This document shows positions 1 through 9,220 of a stretch of DNA of 64,000 bases, one piece after another. The position numbers were made by a program, and so were the translations under genes. Source of the DNA: a virus. Lineage: Duplodnaviria; Caudoviricetes. The stretch is from the IMG/VR virus record IMGVR_UViG_3300047160_009226, positions 128,001-192,000 of that record. One strand, 5' to 3'. Each line of letters starts with the position of its first letter. Positions within the stretch are counted from its first letter, which is position 1. A model generated the notes under the pieces. The model saw only the letters and a list, made by a program, of their open reading frames with translations, made no database searches and was not told the DNA's origin.

Positions 1-680
1 AATAGTGCCACCAGTAATAGCTACGGCGTTAGAATTCTGAGCTGCCATCGATCCAAATGCAGTGCCATTATTATATGAATGAACCGTAGTGGCAAAACTA
101 TTAATAGGAGTAGTAACATCTCCAGTCATAGCGGCCGTTTCCAGTGTGCTGCCGGAAAAGACGAGTGTAGCTCCCAGCGTTATATCAGTAACATTAGCAG
201 TAATTGCTGTAGAATTGCCTACCAATGATGAAGCTGCTGATTGCCGAAATAATGTATCGGTGATGCCATTGCCTACTACAGAGATAGTACCGGTAGAACT
301 AATAGGTCCTCCGGTCAAACCCGCTCCAGTGTTGACCTGAGTGACTGCGCCAGAAGTAAAAGGTTGCCATGTATTATCTCCTCGAAGAAATGTAGTGTTA
401 GTAGCGGTACCTGATCCAAGTATAGCAGTAGGAACTATGCCTGAAGCGAGATTAGATGCATTAAGAGCAGTGATAGCTGTACCAGATCCAGCGAGGTTCG
501 TAGCCGTAAAAGTGTGTGTTGTCGCATTGTAAGAAATATTCGCATTATCTTGAGCCAGAGCCAAACTAGAATCCGCATAGAGAATAGAGTTCGCAATGCT
601 CCCAGTAATCGGTGATCCAATAGAAATAGAAGAAGCTGAACCGGCCGGTGCAGCCCAAGTATTATCTCCACGGAGGAAAG
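1..680. repeat. Long imperfect direct repeat inside the tail fibre gene, copy matching ~3460-4140
   Basis: For example 'agaattctgagctgccat(c/t)gatccaaatgcagtgccattatt' near 30 and near 3490, and 'aaaaggttgccatgtattatctcctcgaagaaatgtagtg' near 358 and near 3817. Confidence 0.9.
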
Positions 681-3600
681 TCGTAGCTCCAGGAGTTCCC
701 GATGCACCTAGAACTGGAATCGGAACAGTTCCGGAAGCTAAATTAGATGCATTAAGAGCCGTCAGTCCAGTAGCGGGACCGTAAAATCCTCCAGTGCTTG
801 TAACACCAGATAAAACAGTAGCAGCACTATTATGCCACTGTTGCAAATCGGCAGTCTGTGCTGGTGCCCCTGTGATCGCAAACGTTGTCGTCGGAGAGTC
901 CAGCGTGAACCACGGTTGTCCGGTCTTGAAGATGATTTCCTTGATCGAACAGTTCGGCCCCCCGAAACTGAGCTGGTTGTTCGCGGCGTTGGCCTGACAC
1001 CCGATCGCGATAGCGGTGGAGGTTGCCGTCGCACCGTAGCCGACCGCCAGACCGAAGACGTCTGCAGTCGCACTTATGCCGAGCGCATGGGCATACGTAT
1101 TGTTGGCTTTCGATTGATTTCCTAACGCTAAACAATACGACGTCACCGCATTGGCGTAGAAGCCAACCGCCATACCCTCTCCGGCTGCCACTGCGTTGTA
1201 CCCGACCGCCGTCCCCTGAGAATCCGCCGTTGCGGAATAACCAACCGCCACCGCATCACTGGCCGTCACGCTGGCACGTGATCCGATCACCACGGAATAA
1301 TTACATGTATCCGGGATCGACGCATAGAAGCCGATCGCCGTATTTTCACCCGTCGCATTCGCACCCGCACCAGCCGAGTACCCGATTGCGATGGACCTCG
1401 ACCCGAGCGTCTTGGCGAGCATTCCGAGCGCCACACTATACTGACCTGTCACTGTTTGACATCCGACAGAAGTCCCGTCTAAGTCCGCAGTCGCAGCTTC
1501 GCCGATTGCAACTCCATAATCACCGGTGACACTCGCCTGATCCCCCAAAGCCACACCATACGTCGTCGCATTGGCACTAATGCCAACCACCGTACTACCA
1601 CTCGACATTGCCCTCGCGCCGTACCCGACCGCCGTCCCCTGAGAATCCGCCGTCGCGGAATAACCAACCGCCACCGCCTGATTACCCGTAGCCGTCACGC
1701 CGGCACGTGATCCGATCGCCACGGAATAATAACATGTGTCCGGGATCGACGCCACGAATCCAACCGCCGTATTTTCTCCGTTCGCATTCGCACCCGCATT
1801 CGCCCTCGTACCAATGGCAACTGACTGTGGACCGACCGCTGCAGAGCCGGCCCCAAAATGCTCACTGTTGGCCCCGCCGGGTGCTGAAAATCCCGTCGCA
1901 ATCAACGTGGAGCCGTCGAACGTCAGGTTGGCGGATTGTGCCAAGTTGTTACTTGCATCAGAATAAAACACCCGGTTCGCCGTGCTCCCCGCAATCGGGC
2001 CGCCAATGATCGCAGGAGCGACCCACGTATTATCACCACGGAGAAAAGTCGTAGTTCCAGGAGTTCCTGATGTACCTAAAACAGGAATAGGAACAGTGCC
2101 TGAAGCCAAATTGGATGCATTAAGAGTGGTCAGTCCAGTACCGGGACCGTAAAATCCTCCAGAACTATTAACACCGGACAAAACAGTAGCGCTACTATTC
2201 TGCCACTGTTGCAAATCAGCTGTCTGAGTGCTAAAAGCTTTGACTACCATCTGGACTTTATTACCAGCACCCGCAATAATCGCACTATCTATTACCTTCA
2301 AGCCCCAATCGTTGGCACCACCTGGAGCACTCACTGAGGCAGCTATGTTAGTTGTTGCACCTGAAACACCGGCATATAAACCAGTATGGCCATCTCCAGG
2401 TCCAGAAACGACACTATATAATCCGTAATTAGCTGAGCCAGCGACAGGATCAATAGTAGCACGAAGCGCAAAATTCTCTGTGGTGCTACCAGCAGCATAT
2501 GCGGCTACACCGATATTGATGCCGCCAGTCGTAGTACATGAGCCCATAACAGCATAACACCATCCACCAGGAGCAGTCCCTGTAACCTGTCCTAGAACCC
2601 CTGTTCCCGATGTGGTCGCGGCCACGCTAAAATGACCGGCGGTGTAAGTATCACTGCCAGTCACAGTCAATGCATTCTGAGTCGTATTCCAAGTGAAGTT
2701 ACTACTTGCAGCAAATCCACCTGAACCATTAGAATATTGGACTTGACCAGCGGCTCCAGTTGCAATTGTCTGCCAGGTATTATCACCACGAAGGAAAGTC
2801 GTGTTATTCGCAGTACCTGATCCCAGCCTTGCTGTAGCTAAAGTACCGGAAATAATATTCGTGGCATTAGTGGTATCTGTAGTAGCCGAAGGTGCAAAAG
2901 CTACGCCGTTGGTTTTAGTTACAGTTGTGGCAATAGTACCCGATCCACTACCCGTCACGTCACCAGTGAAAGTAATGGTTTGAGGGGCCGCAGCCATCTG
3001 GACGAAAGCAATCGGACTCGTACTTATTGTAATCGGACTGGGTGTGGTTTGCATCCACATTGTACCAGCCTGAGTAGTTCCTTCCTCTACAACAGTGTAT
3101 GTTCCTTCTAGTACCTCTGATGTTTCATCATAATCGGTAGCCCTAGTCAAAACCCATGCTACACTAGCAGATCCGACGTTGGTCACGGTAAAGATGCCGT
3201 TCGCAAAAGTGCTAGTCTCATTCTTCACGAGTACACGATCATTGAGGTTGGCCGTGACCCCATCCATGACCAACGGTGCGAATGTTCCAGTATTGGTAAG
3301 AGTCGAACCAGGACCAGAGCCGACAGGAGTATAAGTGGCGGTCAGGTTAACAGTCGTAGCAAATCGACATGAAGTCCTGGCAGATAGTCCAGAGGTAGCA
3401 CTGTCTACATAACTCTTAGTAGCTACATCAGACCCTCCAACGGGAGTCGATATTCCAGTAATAGTACCGCCAGTAATGGCCACAGTGGTAGAATTCTGAG
3501 CTGCCATTGATCCAAATGCAGTGCCATTATTGTATGAATGAACTATAGTAGCGAAACTATTAGCGGATGTGGTAACATCCCCAGTCATAGCAATCGTTTC

Positions 3601-5277
3601 CAATGTACTGCCGGAAAAGGCAAAGGTAGCTCCAGTCAGTACATCAGTAACATTAGCAGTAGCTGCTGTAGGATTGCCTACCAACGATGAAGCTAGTGAT
3701 TGCCGAAACAATACGTTAGTGATGCCATTGCTTGCTACAGAAATAGTACCAGTAGAATTGATAGGGCCTCCACTAAGACCCGTTCCGGTATTGACTTGAG
3801 TAACTGTGCCAGAAGTAAAAGGTTGCCATGTATTATCTCCTCGAAGAAATGTAGTGCTATTCGCAGCACCTGTTCCCAATACTGCAGTGGGAACAGTGCC
3901 CGATCCGAGATTGGATGCATTAAGACTTGTCAGACCTGCACCTGCACCAGCTATGTTCGTAGCTATCAACGTAAAAGTGGTAGGATTATAGTAAAAATGA
4001 GCGTTGTCTTGAGCCAGTGATATACTCGAATCCACATAAAGAATGGATTTAAAAGTACCACCAGTAACTGCGGATCCAATAGAAATAGAAGAAGCTGCAC
4101 CAACAATCTGCCAAGTATTATCACCCCGGAGAAATAGGGTAGAAGAAGGTGCATTAGTTCCCAGTGCAGTAAGAGGAACAATCCCAGAAACAAGAGCCGA
4201 AGCATTGAGATTGGTAAGACCAGCACCGCTGCCCGTAGGAGTGAGATAGTCCATATTAGCAACCGCTATAGATATAACACCAGTAGTGGTCGTGCCTTTC
4301 AAAAGTCCAGTAGTCAGAGAACCAATCGCTTGAGCATTTGGTAAAGAACTGTCAGTAGTTTGAAGAATGTAGGTAGCAGTCGAAGATCCCCCACCACTAC
4401 CACCTTGACTCAAAAAGGACATCTGAATGATGTCATTATTTGCGGGAAGTGCTCCTCCACTATTCGTATAAGATACAGGAAAAGACCACCAAGTCCCATT
4501 ATTAACTGGTGAACCATTTATCACATACTTACCAAATCTAGATGCGTCGCTCTTTTCCTGAATTTCAATGCCATCGCCAATCTGAATCTTAGCGAACATG
4601 GAACTGTTATCAGTATTGTCATCAGATATGGTACTAACGTTAACTGCTGTTGCTGTAGCCCATGCGGTTGTATTAATACCGATCCGTTGACTGACAACCA
4701 TCGTTGTTGCCGTCGTCCAGTTCCAAGTTTGGAGATAAATCGCATTACCTGGCGGTGGTGCCGGAACCGTCGGATTCAACACCAGCCCCAAGGTACTCAA
4801 AGCAACCGTGACATCCCCTGACGGCTGCGGGACAGCCGGAACCCCGAAGAACCCAATGGCCGCCGTAGAACCCGTCGATTCGAGCCGGAACCCTTCCCGA
4901 TCGACGCCAGTGTAATCACTTACGCGAATAACGACGCGACCCAGACGGGTCGCGTCGTTAGCGTTAGCCCACACTCCATCAATATTGCCAATAGACCGGA
5001 CTACAGATGCAGGTTGACCGTAGAGGAGCAGAAGAGGTGATGTCTGATTGGTAGCCCCGTTAATTTGTACGGAGCCGTGAAAGATAGGATTGACTGACGG
5101 TGCGTAATCCTGATTAGGAACGGCCGTGAGATAAGTCGTTCCGTTACCTTTCACTAATCCATTGATCAGTGATTGCGCAACTTTACTACCAGTACCGACA
5201 AAGAGCATCGCTCCATCGGTCCCGCCCTGGATCGTCGATCCGATGGCAAGCCTTTTGCCGGACGATGTCATGAGCAT
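1..5277 (-). CDS. Giant repeat-built tail fibre / receptor-binding protein (3' end beyond window)
   Basis: Translated by hand: open from ATG at 5277 (MLMTSSGKRLAIG) to position 1 with no stop (1759 codons). Contains six FLRGDNTW motifs, a tail-fibre module (KSYVD...DRVLVKNETSTFANGIFTV...WVLTRATDYD, ~3050-3430) and YadA-head-like repeats (AVAVGYSATA, SIAIGYSA, SVAIGTRA, ~980-1900). Absent from the ORF track, presumably because the stop lies outside the window. Confidence 0.85.
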   Translation of the reverse strand, partial: MLMTSSGKRLAIGSTIQGGTDGAMLFVGTGSKVAQSLINGLVKGNGTTYLTAVPNQDYAPSVNPIFHGSVQINGATNQTSPLLLLYGQPASVVRSIGNIDGVWANANDATRLGRVVIRVSDYTGVDREGFRLESTGSTAAIGFFGVPAVPQPSGDVTVALSTLGLVLNPTVPAPPPGNAIYLQTWNWTTATTMVVSQRIGINTTAWATATAVNVSTISDDNTDNSSMFAKIQIGDGIEIQEKSDASRFGKYVINGSPVNNGTWWSFPVSYTNSGGALPANNDIIQMSFLSQGGSGGGSSTATYILQTTDSSLPNAQAIGSLTTGLLKGTTTTGVISIAVANMDYLTPTGSGAGLTNLNASALVSGIVPLTALGTNAPSSTLFLRGDNTWQIVGAASSISIGSAVTGGTFKSILYVDSSISLAQDNAHFYYNPTTFTLIATNIAGAGAGLTSLNASNLGSGTVPTAVLGTGAANSTTFLRGDNTWQPFTSGTVTQVNTGTGLSGGPINSTGTISVASNGITNVLFRQSLASSLVGNPTAATANVTDVLTGATFAFSGSTLETIAMTGDVTTSANSFATIVHSYNNGTAFGSMAAQNSTTVAITGGTITGISTPVGGSDVATKSYVDSATSGLSARTSCRFATTVNLTATYTPVGSGPGSTLTNTGTFAPLVMDGVTANLNDRVLVKNETSTFANGIFTVTNVGSASVAWVLTRATDYDETSEVLEGTYTVVEEGTTQAGTMWMQTTPSPITISTSPIAFVQMAAAPQTITFTGDVTGSGSGTIATTVTKTNGVAFAPSATTDTTNATNIISGTLATARLGSGTANNTTFLRGDNTWQTIATGAAGQVQYSNGSGGFAASSNFTWNTTQNALTVTGSDTYTAGHFSVAATTSGTGVLGQVTGTAPGGWCYAVMGSCTTTGGINIGVAAYAAGSTTENFALRATIDPVAGSANYGLYSVVSGPGDGHTGLYAGVSGATTNIAASVSAPGGANDWGLKVIDSAIIAGAGNKVQMVVKAFSTQTADLQQWQNSSATVLSGVNSSGGFYGPGTGLTTLNASNLASGTVPIPVLGTSGTPGTTTFLRGDNTWVAPAIIGGPIAGSTANRVFYSDASNNLAQSANLTFDGSTLIATGFSAPGGANSEHFGAGSAAVGPQSVAIGTRANAGANANGENTAVGFVASIPDTCYYSVAIGSRAGVTATGNQAVAVGYSATADSQGTAVGYGARAMSSGSTVVGISANATTYGVALGDQASVTGDYGVAIGEAATADLDGTSVGCQTVTGQYSVALGMLAKTLGSRSIAIGYSAGAGANATGENTAIGFYASIPDTCNYSVVIGSRASVTASDAVAVGYSATADSQGTAVGYNAVAAGEGMAVGFYANAVTSYCLALGNQSKANNTYAHALGISATADVFGLAVGYGATATSTAIAIGCQANAANNQLSFGGPNCSIKEIIFKTGQPWFTLDSPTTTFAITGAPAQTADLQQWHNSAATVLSGVTSTGGFYGPATGLTALNASNLASGTVPIPVLGASGTPGATTFLRGDNTWAAPAGSASSISIGSPITGSIANSILYADSSLALAQDNANISYNATTHTFTATNLAGSGTAITALNASNLASGIVPTAILGSGTATNTTFLRGDNTWQPFTSGAVTQVNTGAGLTGGPISSTGTISVVGNGITDTLFRQSAASSLVGNSTAITANVTDITLGATLVFSGSTLETAAMTGDVTTPINSFATTVHSYNNGTAFGSMAAQNSNAVAITGGTI
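655..858. repeat. ~200 bp imperfect direct repeat, partner at ~2023-2226, flanking the GC-rich YadA-like module
   Basis: Both copies contain 'cagtccagta..gggaccgtaaaatcctccag' and 'tgccactgttgcaaatc', encoding ADLQQW...GGFYGP...FLRGDNTW. Confidence 0.88.
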
Positions 5278-5292
5278 GAGAATGCTCGTCTG

Positions 5293-5745
5293 TTAGGACA
5301 GTACCTTTGCCCTCTTATAATTACCTTGAGGAGCATGCTCTGTAATCACAGCATCTTGGAGGGCTTCCAAATATTGGCTAGCTGTCATTACTCGATATCG
5401 ACTTAGAGATGATGGATTCGCCATCACTGTGCGAGCTGATGCAATCCGTGATGCTTGACGACTCGAAAGCAATGTCTCTGCTTTTTCGCCATTCGACATC
5501 CTCCAGCATCTCATATCACGATTTCGCATAGGAAACACCAGAGGCCCCCGCTCCATCAATTGGGCTTTCTTTTGGGATGTAGTTTTGATGCTATTAATAG
5601 CATCGTACAAATTAATCAAAGCAGCCTGAACAGTGCGATCCAGAGCTGAGTCATCTGGGACATCACCGACGTCCAGCAGATGAGTCAACTCCATACTCGC
5701 AGTATTCAAAGCATCAGTCGCTCTTGCCATCACACTTCGACTCAT
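5293..5745 (-). CDS. Hypothetical protein (150 aa)
   Basis: ORF track; tightly packed between neighbours; no recognisable motif. Confidence 0.7.
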   Translation of the reverse strand: MSRSVMARATDALNTASMELTHLLDVGDVPDDSALDRTVQAALINLYDAINSIKTTSQKKAQLMERGPLVFPMRNRDMRCWRMSNGEKAETLLSSRQASRIASARTVMANPSSLSRYRVMTASQYLEALQDAVITEHAPQGNYKRAKVLS

Positions 5746-5752
5746 ATTATCC

Positions 5753-6598
5753 TTATCCTCTTATCATAGAAAGCCCGAACCGAAATCCATTCCTTGAACC
5801 AAAAATCGATTCCGGATCGACTTTATACTCTCTCATCAACTTTCTAACCAACTCAAGGATTATATACCTTGATTTGGCCACGGCTCCACCAGTCCACTCA
5901 GGTGCACCACCTTCGGGCTCGAGTTGCATGGAGTTCAAAATATTAGCTATATTGTCGTCCGTGTATTTCTTTCCAGTCTCCCTCTGCTTTTTCATCAAAT
6001 CCCACATCTCCACGTATGCGGCACCATTACGATGGTCGGACAACATTTTTGGAACCGCAGCAAATGCCTTCTCTTTCTTGGGATTCTCTTCCTGGAACCT
6101 AAGCACCTCGTAAGGACTCGGCTCGGACGACTGTGGCAGAAACCACTCGCCGATATCGCCTTCCTCACCACTACCTACCCCACGATCGATTGACCAGATC
6201 TTGGGTCGGTTCAGAAACCGCTTTCGCTCGTTGAAAATATTGGCGATCTCTCGACTCAGGTTCATTTTAAAATAACCGTCGAAAGTTTGTGGTGCACTCC
6301 CTGCCGCCACCTGCTTCTGATACCGACGAATATAGTCGTAAACAGAAGGTCGAGTCTTCTTTTTCGGAATGTGTGTAAAAATGTGTTCAATGAAATCGTT
6401 AGCTCTGTCTTCAGCATCCCCAATAGGAAGACCAGTAGCCCTTGCGAGCGTACGAGCAGCGTAAGTGTAAAAGTTAAAGTCTTGCTTTCCCATCGGGAGT
6501 TCATCGAGACCAAGTTCCTCGACTATCTCGGGCATGATCTCCATATGAATCCAACGATTGAGACCTTCACCAGTCCCAGGTCCTGATCCTGCAGCCAT
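5753..6598 (-). CDS. Divergent sigma-70/ECF-like RNA polymerase sigma factor
   Basis: Region-2-like segments (DAEDRANDFIEHIF; FDGYFKMNLSREIANIFNERKR) and a C-terminal HTH-like segment (YTDDNIANILN...AVAKSRYIILELVRKLM). GGAG RBS precedes the ATG. Confidence 0.5.
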   Translation of the reverse strand: MAAGSGPGTGEGLNRWIHMEIMPEIVEELGLDELPMGKQDFNFYTYAARTLARATGLPIGDAEDRANDFIEHIFTHIPKKKTRPSVYDYIRRYQKQVAAGSAPQTFDGYFKMNLSREIANIFNERKRFLNRPKIWSIDRGVGSGEEGDIGEWFLPQSSEPSPYEVLRFQEENPKKEKAFAAVPKMLSDHRNGAAYVEMWDLMKKQRETGKKYTDDNIANILNSMQLEPEGGAPEWTGGAVAKSRYIILELVRKLMREYKVDPESIFGSRNGFRFGLSMIRG

Positions 6599-6644
6599 TG
6601 GTCCACTCCCCCCCAGATCAGTAAAGGCTTCTCTTCCTCACTTT

Positions 6645-6670
6645 ACCATACCCCACGAGTCATGAAATTT
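6645..6670 (-). promoter_or_regulatory. Putative phage promoter AAATTTC-N13-TATGGT
   Basis: Minus strand aaatttc atgactcgtgggg tatggt, in the intergenic gap upstream of 5753-6598; same spacing as the other copies. Confidence 0.65.
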
Positions 6671-6775
6671 TCCTAAAAAATCTCACAACTCGTCGAAATT
6701 CCAAACTGTCTATCGATCCGATCCCTCCATTAAACCATAAATCTCAATCGAATGCAAGCCCGATTCACCGACCAC

Positions 6776-6985
6776 TTAAGTTCCCGAATGCAGAAATGAA
6801 AACCATTTATCACTGATCCTTACTTTTACTTCTTTGTCTTTGTTCTTCATAAGATAATCAATAATTGCGTATGGTCCCAGATCTCCTTCCATCCCAGTAG
6901 TGTCATAAGTCACGCCTTGACCGGAAAGCTCTATTTTACCTCCGACATGAAATATGACTCGCTCAAGAACGATCCCTTTTTTCAT
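6776..6985 (-). CDS. Hypothetical protein (69 aa)
   Basis: ORF track; co-oriented; plausible RBS (GAGATGGG). Confidence 0.6.
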   Translation of the reverse strand: MKKGIVLERVIFHVGGKIELSGQGVTYDTTGMEGDLGPYAIIDYLMKNKDKEVKVRISDKWFSFLHSGT

Positions 6986-7009
6986 CGACCCATCTCATAG
7001 ACCCACACC

Positions 7010-7951
7010 TCACATACTACTATAATCGACGATTGGCGGCGCGAACCCAACCACCGTATTACAAACCATCATCTCCGACTGACCCGTCGACATGGCTTTA
7101 TCCGTAAACCAACCAGCTAACTCGTCTAAAGGACATGTACCCAGTTGTGTAAATCCATGCATTTCTTTAAAATGTGGATCACTTGTTTTCTCACCCCAGC
7201 GCTCCCAGGCCTGTCCAATCCAAGCTAAGTTCTGATCTTTGTCATAATCATAAAGGCTGTAACAATGACCTCCAACCACAGATCCCTTCATCCTGAAAAA
7301 GCCCTTGTCATCAGTTTTCATCATACCATTGGGAATCTTACTCCCCACTGCAAGTGGAAATCCAGCGGACATTAATTCAAGACCATGCTCAAAAGAGTCG
7401 GCGATTGCAAATTCTTCCATTAAGTGATTACTTCCTTTATCTAATACATCCTTCTTTGGCTTCGTTCCAACTTGATGGTTAGATATATCACTAGGACCAC
7501 TAGGATAATATTGTAACTCAACACAACCGCGTTTCTTTGATCCTTTAAATGCTTCGCTAGAAATGAGTCCATCTCCAGAGCCCATGTTGTAGCCACTTTC
7601 AGTGCACTGCCAACGAGCTATGTCATAAGTATAAAGTGGAGAAAGCCGAACTAAAGGTAAAGGCGTTCCGGTTGTTGCCGTCGCTCCTTCAGGTATCCGT
7701 AATCTCGTCATCATTGTTCCACACGTGTTGAACCCAACACAAAAACCGCGATCTCTCTGGCTCAAAAAACTTGCATGATAGAATCTTCGAATATCCGGGG
7801 ACTTCTGCGGACTCTGACCATGGTGAAATCGAGGTGCTAACGGAGTCGTACTAACAATCTGATCCCAAAATTTCATGTTCGCATCAACATCCCAGCCCAA
7901 CGCTCGTACTAAGCCTCCAGGTAATTCATAAAAATGATCTGATTCATCCAT
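7010..7951 (-). CDS. Papain-like cysteine peptidase (C1-like)
   Basis: Oxyanion Gln and catalytic Cys with papain spacing (QRDRGFCVGF), catalytic His (GGHCYSLYDY), and WIGQAWERWG where the NSWG..WG motif is expected. Confidence 0.8.
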   Translation of the reverse strand: MDESDHFYELPGGLVRALGWDVDANMKFWDQIVSTTPLAPRFHHGQSPQKSPDIRRFYHASFLSQRDRGFCVGFNTCGTMMTRLRIPEGATATTGTPLPLVRLSPLYTYDIARWQCTESGYNMGSGDGLISSEAFKGSKKRGCVELQYYPSGPSDISNHQVGTKPKKDVLDKGSNHLMEEFAIADSFEHGLELMSAGFPLAVGSKIPNGMMKTDDKGFFRMKGSVVGGHCYSLYDYDKDQNLAWIGQAWERWGEKTSDPHFKEMHGFTQLGTCPLDELAGWFTDKAMSTGQSEMMVCNTVVGFAPPIVDYSSM

Positions 7952-7953
7952 CT

Positions 7954-8916
7954 CTAACGAGTCCTACTTGAAGAGGCTGGTAGCTTCACCTGATGAAGTG
8001 CTTGAGATATCTCTTTCCAAGCTTGAGTGTGAGCTTCTACCGTCGATGGTAACTTTCCAGAGGCGTTAATCTTACCCAATTGAGTCTTAAGAGGTGTGAA
8101 AAAATAGTGAGAAAAATAATTATAATCACTCCCAAGTGCAGATTTATAGAGATCAGACGTCGCCTGAACAAACTTAGTGGCGTCTGTAAAGCTTGAAGAT
8201 TGTGCAATCATTTTATCGAAAGAATCATATATCAAAGGAATGCGGCTTTGCCACTTATCTTCTGTCGACATTTTATCAAGAATACTCTGAGTATATCCTT
8301 TCATGCCATAAGTATCTTCTTGCTTTGGCTCAGGAGGAGTTGGCACCGGAAGAGGAGGTTCAGGAGTTGGCCCTGGCGGTTTCGGTAGAGGCTCAGGTTT
8401 TGGCTTACTCGGCTCAGTGACATCGATATCAACAAAAGCATAAGACCTAACCGTATTTGCTTTATTGTCATCTGTAGCAAATGCAACAAGTGCAATTCGA
8501 TACTTTCCAGCTTTATCTGGTACTAGTAAACCATAAGCTAATACATGGTTTTTATGATAAAGTTTCGTAACAAATGACTTTGACCCTTCGGGGCTGAAAA
8601 CTATATCAAAATCTGGTTCAATAGAAGATACCGTGCCTGTAAAATCTAGGACTACATATGAATCAGTACTCACACTGGTCGGTGCAGTAATCTTAGCTTT
8701 TGGTTCTTTATCAACAGGTTCTAGATGGGTTATCTCTTGAGTAGTAGAAACAAGAACTTTTAAAGGTGTTGATTCTTGATCAGAAGTAGACGCCGCTTTC
8801 TTTTGACGTGAAGAAGAATCTGTCTTATCTATTTGACTATCTAAAGAGCCACATACTATATAGAGGTATGCACCAAATACAAGTCCAAAACATGTAGTAA
8901 TGGCAAGCCTTCGCAT
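7954..8916 (-). CDS. N-terminally membrane-anchored/exported protein with beta-rich domain and Pro-rich linker
   Basis: Basic then hydrophobic N-terminus (MRRLAITTCFGLVFGAYLYIVCG); PKPEPLPKPPGPTPEPP linker; stop lies 2 bp before the peptidase start. Confidence 0.7.
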   Translation of the reverse strand: MRRLAITTCFGLVFGAYLYIVCGSLDSQIDKTDSSSRQKKAASTSDQESTPLKVLVSTTQEITHLEPVDKEPKAKITAPTSVSTDSYVVLDFTGTVSSIEPDFDIVFSPEGSKSFVTKLYHKNHVLAYGLLVPDKAGKYRIALVAFATDDNKANTVRSYAFVDIDVTEPSKPKPEPLPKPPGPTPEPPLPVPTPPEPKQEDTYGMKGYTQSILDKMSTEDKWQSRIPLIYDSFDKMIAQSSSFTDATKFVQATSDLYKSALGSDYNYFSHYFFTPLKTQLGKINASGKLPSTVEAHTQAWKEISQALHQVKLPASSSRTR

Positions 8917-8936
8917 AAACTATCTCCCACTAAAAT

Positions 8937-9158
8937 TTACTCTACGATGACCCTATCAAGTGGAATTAAACCTGGCTCATTGGTCTCAGGATCAACAACA
9001 CTCACATGTTCTTGTCCTCTGCGTACAAAATTAACTTCTCTCGGATTCCCAGCGTCATCCTTAACTTTAAAAGAAAAACCTTGCTTCTTACCCCTCAGGT
9101 AAGAAAAAACTTTATCAAGTATAGCATCCTTATGAGCGTTCTCTTCAAACCGACGCAT
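8937..9158 (-). CDS. Hypothetical protein (73 aa)
   Basis: ORF track; co-oriented and tightly packed. Confidence 0.65.
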   Translation of the reverse strand: MRRFEENAHKDAILDKVFSYLRGKKQGFSFKVKDDAGNPREVNFVRRGQEHVSVVDPETNEPGLIPLDRVIVE

Positions 9159-9220
9159 AAAAAAGTTCCCAAATAGCAGTTTACATAGCTCATCGTTTCT
9201 CTCCTCTACTGACTAGCAAA

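Noticed and set aside
89-4745. The many short plus- and minus-strand ORFs listed in the first 4.7 kb
   Set aside because: They are shadows of the long minus-strand tail fibre frame; their repetition mirrors its repeats.
5277-5295. ORF 5293-5745 is in frame with the tail fibre, separated by one TAA and five codons (possible readthrough or recoding)
   Set aside because: One-in-three coincidence; TAA is a poor readthrough codon and is used as a normal stop elsewhere in the window; long ORFs translate fine in code 11.
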